Position numbers and translations under genes: made by a program. The notes below the pieces were generated by a model that saw only the letters and a list, made by a program, of their open reading frames with translations, was not told the origin of the DNA and ran no database searches. Below, piece after piece: positions 8,856 to 19,690 of a stretch of DNA of 64,000 nt. Each line of letters starts with the position of its first letter. Position 1 is the first letter of the stretch. The DNA comes from an uncultured Verrucomicrobiae bacterium (GTDB lineage Bacteria; Verrucomicrobiota; Verrucomicrobiia; Limisphaerales; Palsa-1400), in assembly GCA_963702845.1 (NCBI GenBank), contig OY969763.1, forward strand, positions 5,536,001-5,600,000. Reading direction: 5' to 3'.

Positions 8856-11800
8856 TTATTGTAAAACGCGGAACTCGTGCGTCCACGGATCGATGCGGCA
8901 GACGCCTTGATACTCGCAATTGGCGCAAGCGCGGTCGCTGCTCTTTTGATACGGATTCGGTTTGATCGCACCCTGGTAAATGCTTTGGCCCATTCGCACG
9001 AGGTTGGCTTCGACCTCCTCGAGCAGTTGCGCGAAGGCGGCCGATTCCATTGGGTCTTTCGACGTGCGACTGAAATCCTTTGCTTTGGTTAGACGATAAT
9101 TGAACTGCGTTCCGACCTCCGCGCCGGTGTTATCAAGATGCTTCACCACCGACCAATCGAATCGTCCGCTGTGGCGATAAGCGCGTTGGCCGCTGTCGTT
9201 GTCGTCGAGCACTTCATCGCGCGATTTGCCAGCCTCCGATTCGCCGCGCAAATTCACGTAAAAAACGCCCGCAGGAACAATCTCATCAAAACCAAACATT
9301 TGCGCCGCTTGCGGCAACTTCCGCAGCACGGTCAGATACGCGAGCAACTGCAATTGCAAGCCGTGCTTCATGAACAACGGCTCAAGCTTCTTGCCGCTGG
9401 ATTTGTAATCCATCACGACCGCGTAAGCTTTCTTTGTTCCCGCAATCGGCAACAAATCCACGCGATCAATCGCACCGCCAAAAAACAAACTGTGCGCGTC
9501 GCCGAGCGGCACTTCCCAAAACGGCAGCACGCCCTTCTTCGTGTCGAATCGCAATTCGACCGCCTGCGGTTCGAACTCGTATTGCTTCATCCAACTGACG
9601 ATCGCCGCCGCAAACTCTTGCAGTGATATCACCATCGACTGTGCCGAAAATCGCGATGCCGCATCGGTCATCAGGAGCCCGTCGCGGAATTTTGGCATCA
9701 GATCGTTTCCAATTTGCCCGATTCGCTCGCGAGCTTCCGCAGGCGCGATGTTGTGCCAGGTGCGGCGCTCGTCTTTTAACTGCTGGTGAAAAGTGTAAAG
9801 AACTTCGTGTTGAAACGTTCCCCGCTCGCGCACGTCGAGTTCAAATTTGCGCCGCTCCTCCGCCCGCAAACCGGAATCGACAAAAAACCGAAAAGCGCAC
9901 GCCGCGAACTTTTCCAATCGGCTGACCGACGTGCGCAACGCCTTTCCATAGATCGCTTCCACAATCCGTTGTGGCATGTCTTCGATTTGTTCGTTCGCTC
10001 CAAAAAACTTGAGCTGCTTCTGCAACGACTCGAACACGGGAAGTTGGAACAGGGGTTGAACTCGAATTGCTTTCGGCGCAGTGACGAGGACCGAAGCAAG
10101 TTCGCAGGCGTGTTCAGCTTTCTCCCAGGTTGCGGCTTCAACTTTGTCGATGGACAGCGTTGGAAACAATTCCTTAAGTCGCGCGAAAAAAGGCGATGGA
10201 TTGAGCGTGTCGTCTTGTGCATCGCGTTCCGAGCAGGTCAAAACCAGGCGCTCGCGCGCGCGCGTGCAGGCGATGTATCCGAAAAACCGTTCGCGTCCGA
10301 GCAACTCACGCGTGTTACGAGCGAACACCAGACCTTCGCGCGTCAGCGCGTCGCGTTCCGTCTCGGTCAAAAGCCGCGCCGATTTCTGCGAAGCTGGAAA
10401 CACCCCTTCGTTGAGGCCGAGCACCAGGGCGAGTTTCAGCTCCGGATTGCGCGAACGATCAATCGTGCCGACGACAACCTGGTCGAGCGCCGGCGGAATC
10501 ACACCGATGGTCAAGCCACTCAAGCCCGCTTCCAGAATCGGCAGCCACTCGCGCACATCCATTTTCTGTTTATCGAACGCGAGCTCCACGTCGTCCAGCC
10601 AACTCACCATCTGTTGCCAAACGGTGGCGTTTTGCTCGGGGTGTTCCCACGTCTGCAGTTGTTGCTCGATTTTCAAATCGTGCCACAACGCGCGCAACGC
10701 ATCGGCCAACTCTTCACCGTCGACGAGTTTCGATTGCAACCGATCGCGCAATTTCAGAAAAGGCGCGATGAGCTTGAGCCGAAAGCGCTCAGTCGTTGCT
10801 GAAACTGCGCCGTCGATAATCAGCGGCGACAACCACACATCACCCTTCCAACCACGCGCCAGCGCTTCGTTTTCGAGGCGATCGATAGCCTCTTCGTCAT
10901 CGGAAACCAAACCGGTTTTCAACGCGCCGAACCAGTCATCGTGTTTCCAGTTCGACGCCACCATCTGCAAAGCGCAACGCGTCAGTTCGGCGAGCGCATG
11001 ATGTGAGATCGATTCGCGCCGATCGAGAAAGTTAGGAATTTCGTAACGCGCGAACACCCGTCGAATCACGTCCTGATACCCGTCGAGACTGCGCAGCAAA
11101 ACCGCGCAATCGCGAAATCGATTTCCAGCCCGAACGACGGAAAGAATTTGGCGAGCGGCATGAGTCGCCTCCGCTTCTGGATTCGCGCAGACCGCGAGTT
11201 GAATTCCAGCCGGTGATTTGTTGGTCGAAGCACCGTTATCCCAATGCTCCTCAAGAAAACCGAACGTTCGGTTTTGCGCGAAACGATTCTTCGCCGGGTC
11301 ACGCGGAAGATCTTCCACAACCACGTTGGCATTCGGAACCGCAGCGATAGCGTGATGACAGCGCCCGAACGTTTCATTAATCGCCGACCAGATCGAAAGC
11401 CACGACTTCGTTTGCTTGGCCTGCTCGCGGTCCAAACAAAACGCCAGCGTCACCTCTCCGCAATGCGGTGCGATCGCCGTCAGCAACTCCAACTCCTGCG
11501 GCGTCATTTCCGCGAATCCATCCAGCCACAGTCCATCGATACTCAGTGCCTGCGTCGCAACATTCGTCTTCAACTGCTCCGCCGCGATGCCGAGCAAACA
11601 ATCCACATCGCGCAAGCGATGGTCGCTCAACCAATTCGTATACGCGTCGAGCAACAGACCCAAGTCGTGCAGTTTGCGTCGCAACACTTCCGGCAACGAC
11701 GCGTTCGCCGAAAGCTCGCGCAACTTCGCCGTCGTGAGTTGGTGCCGTTGCAACTCGCGCAACTCACCGCTCAGTTGGCGCGCAAAACCAGACATCGTCG

Positions 11801-12137
11801 CGCCAGCGTGAAAAATTTTGAGCTTGCGACTCTCCCGCAACAACGCGCGCAGTACCATCACCCGGCCCTCCTCCGACAAAACCTCCAGCGCCGGACCGTT
11901 CAGCTTCGTAATCGCGTAATCCGCCAAACGTTCGAACGACAGAATCTGCAAGCGCGTATACCCCGGCAGATCGAAATCATTCAGCAACTGGCGTTCGAGC
12001 TGGAACGTGGCCTGTTTTGGCGCGACCAGGATCAGGTCGGGGCCGTCCGGGTTGGCGCGCAGTTTGGCGGCGATCTCGTGCAAGCACCGGTAGGTTTTTC
12101 CCGTCCCCGCCGGCCCAAGTAAAAAGCGCGCTTGCAC
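8856..12137 (-). CDS. addB: AddB helicase/nuclease subunit
   Basis: GPAGTGKT, PKQATFQLE, SVSRLEKFAAC, GAIDRVD, DYKS, LQLLAY, C-terminal CxxCxxxxxC Fe-S staple cysteines; GTG start. Confidence 0.93.
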   Translation of the reverse strand: MQARFLLGPAGTGKTYRCLHEIAAKLRANPDGPDLILVAPKQATFQLERQLLNDFDLPGYTRLQILSFERLADYAITKLNGPALEVLSEEGRVMVLRALLRESRKLKIFHAGATMSGFARQLSGELRELQRHQLTTAKLRELSANASLPEVLRRKLHDLGLLLDAYTNWLSDHRLRDVDCLLGIAAEQLKTNVATQALSIDGLWLDGFAEMTPQELELLTAIAPHCGEVTLAFCLDREQAKQTKSWLSIWSAINETFGRCHHAIAAVPNANVVVEDLPRDPAKNRFAQNRTFGFLEEHWDNGASTNKSPAGIQLAVCANPEAEATHAARQILSVVRAGNRFRDCAVLLRSLDGYQDVIRRVFARYEIPNFLDRRESISHHALAELTRCALQMVASNWKHDDWFGALKTGLVSDDEEAIDRLENEALARGWKGDVWLSPLIIDGAVSATTERFRLKLIAPFLKLRDRLQSKLVDGEELADALRALWHDLKIEQQLQTWEHPEQNATVWQQMVSWLDDVELAFDKQKMDVREWLPILEAGLSGLTIGVIPPALDQVVVGTIDRSRNPELKLALVLGLNEGVFPASQKSARLLTETERDALTREGLVFARNTRELLGRERFFGYIACTRARERLVLTCSERDAQDDTLNPSPFFARLKELFPTLSIDKVEAATWEKAEHACELASVLVTAPKAIRVQPLFQLPVFESLQKQLKFFGANEQIEDMPQRIVEAIYGKALRTSVSRLEKFAACAFRFFVDSGLRAEERRKFELDVRERGTFQHEVLYTFHQQLKDERRTWHNIAPAEARERIGQIGNDLMPKFRDGLLMTDAASRFSAQSMVISLQEFAAAIVSWMKQYEFEPQAVELRFDTKKGVLPFWEVPLGDAHSLFFGGAIDRVDLLPIAGTKKAYAVVMDYKSSGKKLEPLFMKHGLQLQLLAYLTVLRKLPQAAQMFGFDEIVPAGVFYVNLRGESEAGKSRDEVLDDNDSGQRAYRHSGRFDWSVVKHLDNTGAEVGTQFNYRLTKAKDFSRTSKDPMESAAFAQLLEEVEANLVRMGQSIYQGAIKPNPYQKSSDRACANCEYQGVCRIDPWTHEFRVLQ

Positions 12138-12295
12138 GGCTCTTTTTTCGCTTATCGCGCGCCTGCCGAAAAGGTTTTTCGGCAATTACCGCGCACCTTC
12201 TCATGTAATTGCTGAGATGGCCTTCCGCATTCACGGATGCGCTCACTGGAACGCATTGACTTGTATTTTTTATCCCAAAGCATAACGTTTTGGTA

Positions 12296-12760
12296 ATGAA
12301 GAACGATGTTCTACCCATCGAAATCCGCGGTATTTTGCCCGCCAGCAGCGGGTGCGCGATTTTCGTTGGCAATGAACAAAAGGTTTTCGTCATCCAGGTC
12401 GAGCACAACATGGGCGCCATCATAGGCATGTTTCTCAAGGACACTCCGAGGGAACGCCCGCTCACCCACGACCTGATGAACAACGTCTTCAAAGGCTTTA
12501 ACATCACCGTTCAGCGCGTCGTTATCACTGAACTCAAGAACGCCACCTATTACGCGCGCCTGGTTTTGCAGCAGGAAAACGAACTCGGCAAAAAAATTGT
12601 CGAAATCGATGCGCGCCCGAGCGATTGTCTCGCCCTGGCCACTGCGCAAAAAAAACCGATTTACGTTTCCACCGCTCTCTTCGAACAAGTCGATGACATG
12701 ACCGAAGTCCTCGACCGCATCAATGAAGGCGGCGGCACGGAAACCGAGGAGCCGGAATAA
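12296..12760 (+). CDS. Bifunctional nuclease family protein (DUF151)
   Basis: RPLTHDL, TYYARL, IDARPSDCLALA. Confidence 0.9.
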   Translation: MKNDVLPIEIRGILPASSGCAIFVGNEQKVFVIQVEHNMGAIIGMFLKDTPRERPLTHDLMNNVFKGFNITVQRVVITELKNATYYARLVLQQENELGKKIVEIDARPSDCLALATAQKKPIYVSTALFEQVDDMTEVLDRINEGGGTETEEPE

Positions 12761-12772
12761 CCGGAGCCCGTT

Positions 12773-13900
12773 ATGCCCGCCGCTTCCGTGTCCACCAAGC
12801 CGGTCAGTCTTGTCTGCGGCGATGACGAGTTTGCCGTCAAAGAACGCGCCAAAGAAATCTTCAAAACGTGGTCCGCCGAACTCGGCGGGTCCGACCACGA
12901 AACGATCGACGGCTCAGTCAGCAACGCCGGTGACGCCTTGCGGGCGCTCGCCAAACTTCGCGAAGGCATCCAGACACTTCCATTTTTCGGCGGCGGCAAA
13001 GTTGTTTGGCTGCAGAACTGTAATTTTCTCGGTGAAGAACGCGCCGCCTCGGCCAAGGACGTCACCGAAACACTCGCCGATCTCAGCGCTGAGTTGAAGA
13101 CCTTCGAGTTTGGCACTGTTCGATTGCTCATCAGCGCCGGCAAAGTCGATAAGCGCAAGACCATATATAAGACGCTCGAGAAAATCGGGTCTATCGAGAC
13201 GTTCGACGGCTTATCCATCGATGATAAAGACTGGGCTGCTGAAGCCGAAGGCATGGCCATTCGCGCGCTGAAAGCCTTAAAGAAAGAAATTTCCGACGAA
13301 GCCGTGGCCAAACTTGTTGCGAACGTCGGCCCCAATGCGCGCCAGCTCCACAGCGAGTGCGAAAAGCTGTCGTTATATGTGGGCGATCGACCGGAGATCG
13401 AAATCAAAGACGTCGATGCGATCGTCACGCGCAACAAACAGGCGCGCGCGTTTGCATTAGGCGATGCGTTGGGCGATCGCAATCTGCCGGTGCTTTTGAA
13501 GTGCCTCGATGAAGAGCTTTGGGAAGTCCGCCGTGATCCGAACAAGAGCGAGATCGGATTGCTGTATGGCCTGATCTCGAAAATTCGCACGATGATTTTC
13601 GCCAAGGAAATAATGGCGCAGGGTTGGGTGAAGCCGTCGCGCGATTTTAATAGCTTTCGGCCGCAGCTCTCGCGCATTCCGGCAGATGAGATGCCGGAAG
13701 ACAAAAAATTTAACCCGCTCTCGATCAATCCATACGTGATGTTTCGGGCGGTGAACCAGGCCGGAAACTATTCGCAGCCGGAGCTCGTGCGCGCGATGGG
13801 CATTCTGCTCGAGTGCAACCAAAAGCTTGTTTCGCGCAGTTTGGATGAATCGCTGGTGCTGCAACATGCACTGGTGCAGATCGTTAATCGCACGCCTTGA
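12773..13900 (+). CDS. holA: DNA polymerase III delta subunit
   Basis: LVCGDDEF, TLPFFGGGKVV, DKRK, ECEKLSLY, FALGDAL. Confidence 0.88.
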   Translation: MPAASVSTKPVSLVCGDDEFAVKERAKEIFKTWSAELGGSDHETIDGSVSNAGDALRALAKLREGIQTLPFFGGGKVVWLQNCNFLGEERAASAKDVTETLADLSAELKTFEFGTVRLLISAGKVDKRKTIYKTLEKIGSIETFDGLSIDDKDWAAEAEGMAIRALKALKKEISDEAVAKLVANVGPNARQLHSECEKLSLYVGDRPEIEIKDVDAIVTRNKQARAFALGDALGDRNLPVLLKCLDEELWEVRRDPNKSEIGLLYGLISKIRTMIFAKEIMAQGWVKPSRDFNSFRPQLSRIPADEMPEDKKFNPLSINPYVMFRAVNQAGNYSQPELVRAMGILLECNQKLVSRSLDESLVLQHALVQIVNRTP

Positions 13901-13937
13901 CGGCAATTTTGGGAGCTTGATACTTACTAGTCACTAA

Positions 13938-14462
13938 ATGAATCACCCGAGTGCAAATTTGAGTGTGGCGATCTTCGACAGCGTCGTCTGTATAAAGATC
14001 AGCGGCCGGGCGACATTTGTCTCCAGCGTCGACCTGAACAAGCTCGTCGAAGAGCTGGCCAATCGCGGTCAAAAACATTTCGTCTTTGACCTCACCGATT
14101 GCGTGATGATGGACAGCACCTTTCTCGGCGTGCTGGCCGGCATCGCTCTCAAGCTGGCGAGCAAAAAAGAAACCGCCCATTGCGAACCCCAATTGCTCAA
14201 CGCCAATCCGCGAATTTCGGAAGTGTTGGAAAACCTCGGCATGGCGCACCTCTTCAAACTGGTGAACAGCAAAGGCCAACTCACCAATGCCTACGAACCG
14301 GCCAAGTCCGAAAATGTTTCCCAAGTGGAGATCACCCGCACCTGTCTCGAAGCGCACAAGCTCCTCATGAGCATCCAACCGGAAAACATCTCGAAGTTCA
14401 AAGACGTCGCCCAGTTCCTCGCCGAAGACCTGAAGAGACAGGAATCAACGACCAAGAGCTGA
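13938..14462 (+). CDS. STAS-domain anti-sigma factor antagonist
   Basis: FDLTDCVMMDSTFLGVL with the phosphorylatable Ser motif, plus LENLGM. Confidence 0.88.
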   Translation: MNHPSANLSVAIFDSVVCIKISGRATFVSSVDLNKLVEELANRGQKHFVFDLTDCVMMDSTFLGVLAGIALKLASKKETAHCEPQLLNANPRISEVLENLGMAHLFKLVNSKGQLTNAYEPAKSENVSQVEITRTCLEAHKLLMSIQPENISKFKDVAQFLAEDLKRQESTTKS

Positions 14463-14510
14463 CAAAGGCTTGAGTCCAGCCAACCTTATGGGAAGAGTTG
14501 GCATAAACCT

Positions 14511-14930
14511 ATGCACCTTCGGATCCTTCGCCTATTTCTCGGATTCGCTGCATTCGCTTGGGGCGTATCGGTGGTCGGAGTTTTTCTCAGCTGGCCGACT
14601 GCTGCTGACGCATTACAAGGGTTAGGTGCTCAGCCCATTGTTTATGATCGAATGCTTGATTACTGGCTGCGCATGGCTGCAGGTGCATTCGCATTGATTG
14701 GCTGTTGGTATTTGGTGCTGATGATTTGGCCGCACAAATTCCACGCTGCCATCCCGTGGTTCGGTGGGCTGATGTTAGTGGAGGGGATTATCTTGCTTGT
14801 TCACGGGTTGCGTCTCTCGCTTCCGCCGTTACCATTTTACGGTGACACATCCGCGTGCCTCCTCGGAGGCGGAGCAATCCTCTATCTGTCGCGTTACGCA
14901 AAACCAGCCCCTGATAAGCGCACTAGATGA
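14511..14930 (+). CDS. Hypothetical membrane protein (about 4 TM)
   Basis: Four hydrophobic segments. Confidence 0.7.
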   Translation: MHLRILRLFLGFAAFAWGVSVVGVFLSWPTAADALQGLGAQPIVYDRMLDYWLRMAAGAFALIGCWYLVLMIWPHKFHAAIPWFGGLMLVEGIILLVHGLRLSLPPLPFYGDTSACLLGGGAILYLSRYAKPAPDKRTR

Positions 14931-14968
14931 CACCCGGCACGAAAAGCATTTTCGCGCTGCGTCACACG

Positions 14969-15769
14969 ATGCTGGCTCGAATCTTCAAAATATCTTTTTG
15001 CGCTATCGGCCTCTTAATCCTCGTTGCCGGTGCGGCGCAAGCAGGCCAAAAACTTCTGCGCCTGGCCTTTGGGGACAACCGCTGCATGCCGATTCAACTC
15101 CTGCGCGCCGACGATTTGGTTTGTGCCCCAACTGACCTCGGCCTCGGCACCAACAATCCTCAAATCCGCATCAGCAAATTCACCGACACATCCAAAATGA
15201 CCCCCACCGAACTCACCCGACGCAAGCGGGCCGGGTTCAACTGGATTTGCTACGACAACGAAAATGGAAAAACATGGCCTACGCCGAAAAACGAATTGGC
15301 CGATCCCACGAAATACACCATTCTCGCTGCGCAATTGACCCACGCCGCCGGATTGAAATTTATCGCCGAACCGAACTTCGAGCTAATCACCGGCCATGGC
15401 ACCCGTGGCAACAACGGCAAGGTCGAACTGACCGACAAACTCGTTCCAACAGTGCGAATGAAAGACGTGGCCCCGCACTTCGATGCGATCTCCCTGCAGT
15501 TCCAAAGAGCACAAGCCGATCTCGAACTTTATCGCAAACTGACGCGCCAATACGCCGACGAAATCCGCGCCGCCAATCCAAACGCCATCGTATTTGTCCA
15601 AATAACATCTCGCGAGAAGAGCGGAAAAAAATCAAGCCCGGCCGACCTGATGCCCGCCATCCGCAGCGTCGCCGACCTCGTCGACGGAATCTGGATCCAC
15701 GTCGAAAAAGACGAGGAGCAATATGCCACCGAACTCGTAACCCTTATCGCCAAATCTGGATACCGTTAG
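14969..15769 (+). CDS. Secreted hypothetical protein, possibly TIM-barrel/glycosidase-like
   Basis: Signal peptide ending AAQA, WICYDNE, alternating beta/alpha pattern; alternative start at 14927. Confidence 0.6.
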   Translation: MLARIFKISFCAIGLLILVAGAAQAGQKLLRLAFGDNRCMPIQLLRADDLVCAPTDLGLGTNNPQIRISKFTDTSKMTPTELTRRKRAGFNWICYDNENGKTWPTPKNELADPTKYTILAAQLTHAAGLKFIAEPNFELITGHGTRGNNGKVELTDKLVPTVRMKDVAPHFDAISLQFQRAQADLELYRKLTRQYADEIRAANPNAIVFVQITSREKSGKKSSPADLMPAIRSVADLVDGIWIHVEKDEEQYATELVTLIAKSGYR

Positions 15770-16001
15770 GGTAGCGAACATCAAAATAATTTGTTCATAT
15801 CTCACCTGGTCCTCCCCACTCACCTACGCAGCCTCGCTGTGCAATTCCCGCGGTGCGACTTGATAACTTCCGCCCGGATTGCGGAATGCGATATTCAGTC
15901 GGTTCCAACTGTTGATCGTCGTTATGGCCAGGTACAAAAACCCATTCCAACGAAATGTTTTACGCCGGGGTTGACTCACGCTTTTCGCAGCGGATGTCTA
16001 T

Positions 16002-16029
16002 TTGACATGCGCGAAAACGGCTGCATACT
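16002..16029 (+). promoter_or_regulatory. Putative sigma70 promoter
   Basis: TTGACA-N16-CATACT, ending 30 nt before the ATG at 16059. Confidence 0.5.
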
Positions 16030-16058
16030 TTTGCTATCCCCTGAGGCACGACATTTTT

Positions 16059-18713
16059 ATGCGTACGAATATTCCTTGTCGCTGGTTAGCTTTTGTTTTT
16101 TTGCTTTTGGTGTGTTCGGCAAACGCCCAATTCTTCGCGCCAAAAACCGAATTCCACGACAGGGTTCAACGCCTTTATCCCGTTGAGCTCGTCCGGCTCC
16201 TTTCGTGGCGCGAGAACGCGATCAACGGCTCAACCATTTCTCAAATTAAATACGAAACCGCTGTCAACGGTAGCCGCGAAACTTCCTGGACGATCACCTG
16301 TCTCGATGCCAAAAGCAACGTCGTCAAAACTCTCAAAGTTCACTACCCGGAATCGCTTCTCGAACAAGGCCCCGAATTCTATCGTTCCATCTTTAAACAA
16401 ATCGCCACAGCGGAAAAATGGCCCGCGCCGAAAGCTCTGAGTTCCGAGGATCTGAATTCCGCATTTTGGAAAGGCGCAGAACTCAACGGCATGAATCGTG
16501 AGATCGGTTTGCGCGCCGCATGGAAACTTTCGTCAGACGCCTCTTCAACCAGCGCAGATTATCCTCCGCAAATGGCGGGTTTGCTCTCGCACATCCCGCT
16601 TCCCAGCTTGAGCGGTGCTGTCACGCTTGACGTGAATCTTCTCGCCAGGGCCGCTGCGTGGCTCGCCCTCTCAGAATCGGCAGTGAACAAAGCCACACCG
16701 AATGACGAACTATGGGCACCGATCATCTTTATGGCTGGTCGCGAAAATGCCGCCTGCGCATTGTGGGTCAGCAAAATCAAACAAGTAGACAATGCGGACG
16801 CCCCTTTGATGCATCGCTGGTGGGACTTTTTTTTGCGTCGGCCAAAATCACGCGCCGTCTTTGAGTTTGCAGCCGAAAGCGAGCAGCAGCGCAAATTCTC
16901 CATGCCGATGCTCGTTTATTATTCGCGGATCTACGGTTTGGGCGCCTCCCTGGCGGAAGTGTTGATCCCGCTCTATGGTGAAACCCCGCAACAACTCGGC
17001 CCGCTCTGCAATTACGGTTCTTACTTATCACACGCAATTGGCATCGGCGGCGGCCGCATACTCGAAGGCGCATGGGCTGCGATTTTCCGCGAACATTGGG
17101 TCGACACCTTGCTTAACCAACCGCTCAGCCCCTTGGACTATTCGGCACATCGCGACAAAGCCAAAGCAATCTCCGAAGAATTGAAACAACTGAAGCCCGT
17201 TGAACAAGATTTGAGTCTCGTCGGCTTGCACCAATGCGCTCCCCTGATCCAACTTGGTTATCAGCAAGGTGGCGAAGGCAGCCTCATTCCTGTCGGCATC
17301 GTCACCGCTCGCGACCTACTCAACTACGGCTGGGAAATGAACGGCCTGATGATGGGATCGCGATACAATTTTGTCTCCCACAACTGGGGAATTCCCGAGC
17401 TCGCAACAACCATCTTCAATGAAGGTACTCGTTCGCTGGAAGGCCAGGCACCGTTCTACTACCACAAGTTTCAAAACGACGTCTTCAACCTGCAGGAAAG
17501 CCAATATCGACTGCAAATGGTCGATGACATCTGGTGGCGCGACTACGCCTTTCCCGCACCGTTCACTGTCGAAAACACCAATGCCATCACCGCCGCGCAA
17601 CTCTTCTACAAACGCTGCTGGCTCGCCCCCAATGCCGCGCGCCCCGAGGGATGGGCCCTTGGCTGCAACAAACTTGATGATGAGATGGCTACAGTCTGGC
17701 AGCGCTATCACAAAGATTGCGGCCAAAAATCTGACGCCATAATTCTCGAATCCATTCTCGACTGGTACAAAACCGAAAAGGACCTCGATGCCGCCCCGAA
17801 AATCAAACAACTCAAGACCCAACTCGCCGAAAGCATCGCTGAGCCGTCGCATTTGAAGATCACCGCGCTCTACGCCGAACAATTCCGGAAATTGAACAAC
17901 GGCGAACGCGCACAAGCCTACGAAAAACTCTTTTGGCAAAACCCCAATTCCGGCCTCGAACAAAGCATTCTTAACGGCTATATCGTCGCCGGCGCGTGGA
18001 AATCCGCCGAACGCTTTTATCGCCAGTCGCGCGAGGCAGTCGCCGCCGACGTCAGTTTCTCCAACTTTCTGTCGCCGGAAATTTGGATGCTTGGTTTTCT
18101 TAAAAACGACGAAGACACCATGAAACTCGCGTTCGAAGACAGCAACACCGGCAGCGCTATGGCGATGCTGACACGCATGTGGCATTTCGCCGCTCACAGC
18201 GACTATACGCAACTGGAGCACGAAGTTGACGACTACATTCAACGCTACCAACCGCGAGGAGGGGACGATAGTCAGGGACAAATGATCAAAAATTTCATCC
18301 CGTTGATTCCCGCACTCGCCGATCCTAAAAACCCGAAGCATGGAGAAGCACTCGATTTTTTTGGAAAATCCCGCAACGCCACGAACCTCCGTTGGGTTTT
18401 CATTCAAAAATACAAACTGCCGGTGGACGAAGCCATACGCTTTCTGGGCGGCGAAGAAACCGACCGTCTGCGTCGTGTCATGATTGTCGGCCTTAAACAG
18501 GACAAACCAAACATCCGTACCGCGCTGACCAAATACATCAGCAGCGATGAAAACAAATCCGCCGGCCGCGTCATCAGCAGCTGGCTGGAAGTCCATCTCT
18601 TGGATATTTCCACCGGCATCGACGAAACCGACCTCAAACCAGCCGACGCAAAATCTATCACCCAGGCAGTGATGGACAAACTGGCAAAGACAGCGAAGCA
18701 CAATAAAATCTAA
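16059..18713 (+). CDS. Large secreted hypothetical protein (884 aa)
   Basis: Long intact ORF, signal peptide ..VCSANA|QFF, no motif I recognise. Confidence 0.8.
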   Translation: MRTNIPCRWLAFVFLLLVCSANAQFFAPKTEFHDRVQRLYPVELVRLLSWRENAINGSTISQIKYETAVNGSRETSWTITCLDAKSNVVKTLKVHYPESLLEQGPEFYRSIFKQIATAEKWPAPKALSSEDLNSAFWKGAELNGMNREIGLRAAWKLSSDASSTSADYPPQMAGLLSHIPLPSLSGAVTLDVNLLARAAAWLALSESAVNKATPNDELWAPIIFMAGRENAACALWVSKIKQVDNADAPLMHRWWDFFLRRPKSRAVFEFAAESEQQRKFSMPMLVYYSRIYGLGASLAEVLIPLYGETPQQLGPLCNYGSYLSHAIGIGGGRILEGAWAAIFREHWVDTLLNQPLSPLDYSAHRDKAKAISEELKQLKPVEQDLSLVGLHQCAPLIQLGYQQGGEGSLIPVGIVTARDLLNYGWEMNGLMMGSRYNFVSHNWGIPELATTIFNEGTRSLEGQAPFYYHKFQNDVFNLQESQYRLQMVDDIWWRDYAFPAPFTVENTNAITAAQLFYKRCWLAPNAARPEGWALGCNKLDDEMATVWQRYHKDCGQKSDAIILESILDWYKTEKDLDAAPKIKQLKTQLAESIAEPSHLKITALYAEQFRKLNNGERAQAYEKLFWQNPNSGLEQSILNGYIVAGAWKSAERFYRQSREAVAADVSFSNFLSPEIWMLGFLKNDEDTMKLAFEDSNTGSAMAMLTRMWHFAAHSDYTQLEHEVDDYIQRYQPRGGDDSQGQMIKNFIPLIPALADPKNPKHGEALDFFGKSRNATNLRWVFIQKYKLPVDEAIRFLGGEETDRLRRVMIVGLKQDKPNIRTALTKYISSDENKSAGRVISSWLEVHLLDISTGIDETDLKPADAKSITQAVMDKLAKTAKHNKI

Positions 18714-18806
18714 GATCGTTGTTCGCCGCCCAGCAATTTGTACCGTCCATTTATTCGCGAGAGTCCGTCTTGGTCCGTGTTCTACGTTTCTGTAACACGA
18801 CACCTC

Positions 18807-18835
18807 TTGACAAGCCGTAGCTTCATATCTACAAT
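18807..18835 (+). promoter_or_regulatory. Near-consensus sigma70 promoter
   Basis: TTGACA(18807-18812)-N17-TACAAT(18830-18835). Confidence 0.75.
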
Positions 18836-19189
18836 CGTTAACGCGGCACCATCCATGCTGCTGTTATGGTGGTTTCCCTCCGCAAGTGAAAGCTCCGCGT
18901 GCTATCCAATGTGACCCGTGCGCTAAACAGCCTCAGCAATCTTTGTGCCTTTGTGTCTTGGTGGTTCAATTTAGCGCAGAAAAAGTGCTGTTTCTTTCCC
19001 TGGTTTCCCTCCTTTCCCTACAGTTTTTGACGCGTAGCTACTTTATGGCACAATCGGTCGTGTTATGCGAACGATACAACATAAAGAAGACAATCAGCCG
19101 TTAGCCAAAAGCCTCTCTCCACAAAGCCCGGCTCATCCGACTCCTTGCCTGCCGTTCGCAATCTTCCCTCGCTGCGAAGTCTCTCATTT

Positions 19190-19690
19190 TGTCATCACTC
19201 AGTCTCAGGACGTCATCACACGTCCTCGTTTGTCATCACTTGTCACGAGTTGTCATCACATTTGCCCAATAAAAAAATTTTCCCATAACCACCCTATGAA
19301 CACCCAAACAATTGTCACCAAGCCCATTACAACCGCCGCACCACTCCGCAACCCATCGCCAAATCAACCTCCGAAAACCAACAAACCAATTAAGCGCATG
19401 TCGCCTTCTGTCACCTTCTGTCGGCTTCTGCCGCCTTCTGACACCAAAAAAAGGATTCTTTTTTTATTATGAACATCAACGACGCCTGTTTTTCTCCCTC
19501 ATCACAAACGGCCGTTTCAGCCCACAGTCCAAGGCCGTCTTTGGCACGAATTGGCACCCTTTGGCCCTATTCGGCCGCACTTTTTCGCAGAAATTTTTTC
19601 TCACGCATTCCTTTTTCAACGCGTTTTACAGCCGTCGTCGGAGCATTTCCAGCCCACCGGAAATGCGTCGAACTACGCCGCACGTCGTGG
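19190..19690. repeat. Modular array of 10-bp-periodic short repeats with A/T tracts
   Basis: GTC at 19202/12/22/32/42/52; TGTCGCCTTC-like x4-5 from 19399; TTGGC at 19541/51/61 with TCGGC at 19571; CGYSG at 19666/76/86. Confidence 0.8.

Noticed and set aside
7304..8965. Long antisense ORFs (553 aa here; also 9786-10802, 12661-13728, 17316-18803, 24282-25202, 28857-29804)
   Set aside because: Shadow ORFs opposite well-supported genes in GC-rich DNA, with no motifs
19190..19690. Repeat modules as a CRISPR array
   Set aside because: Units are 10 bp, tandem and differ between modules; there are no constant 23-47-bp repeats with spacers
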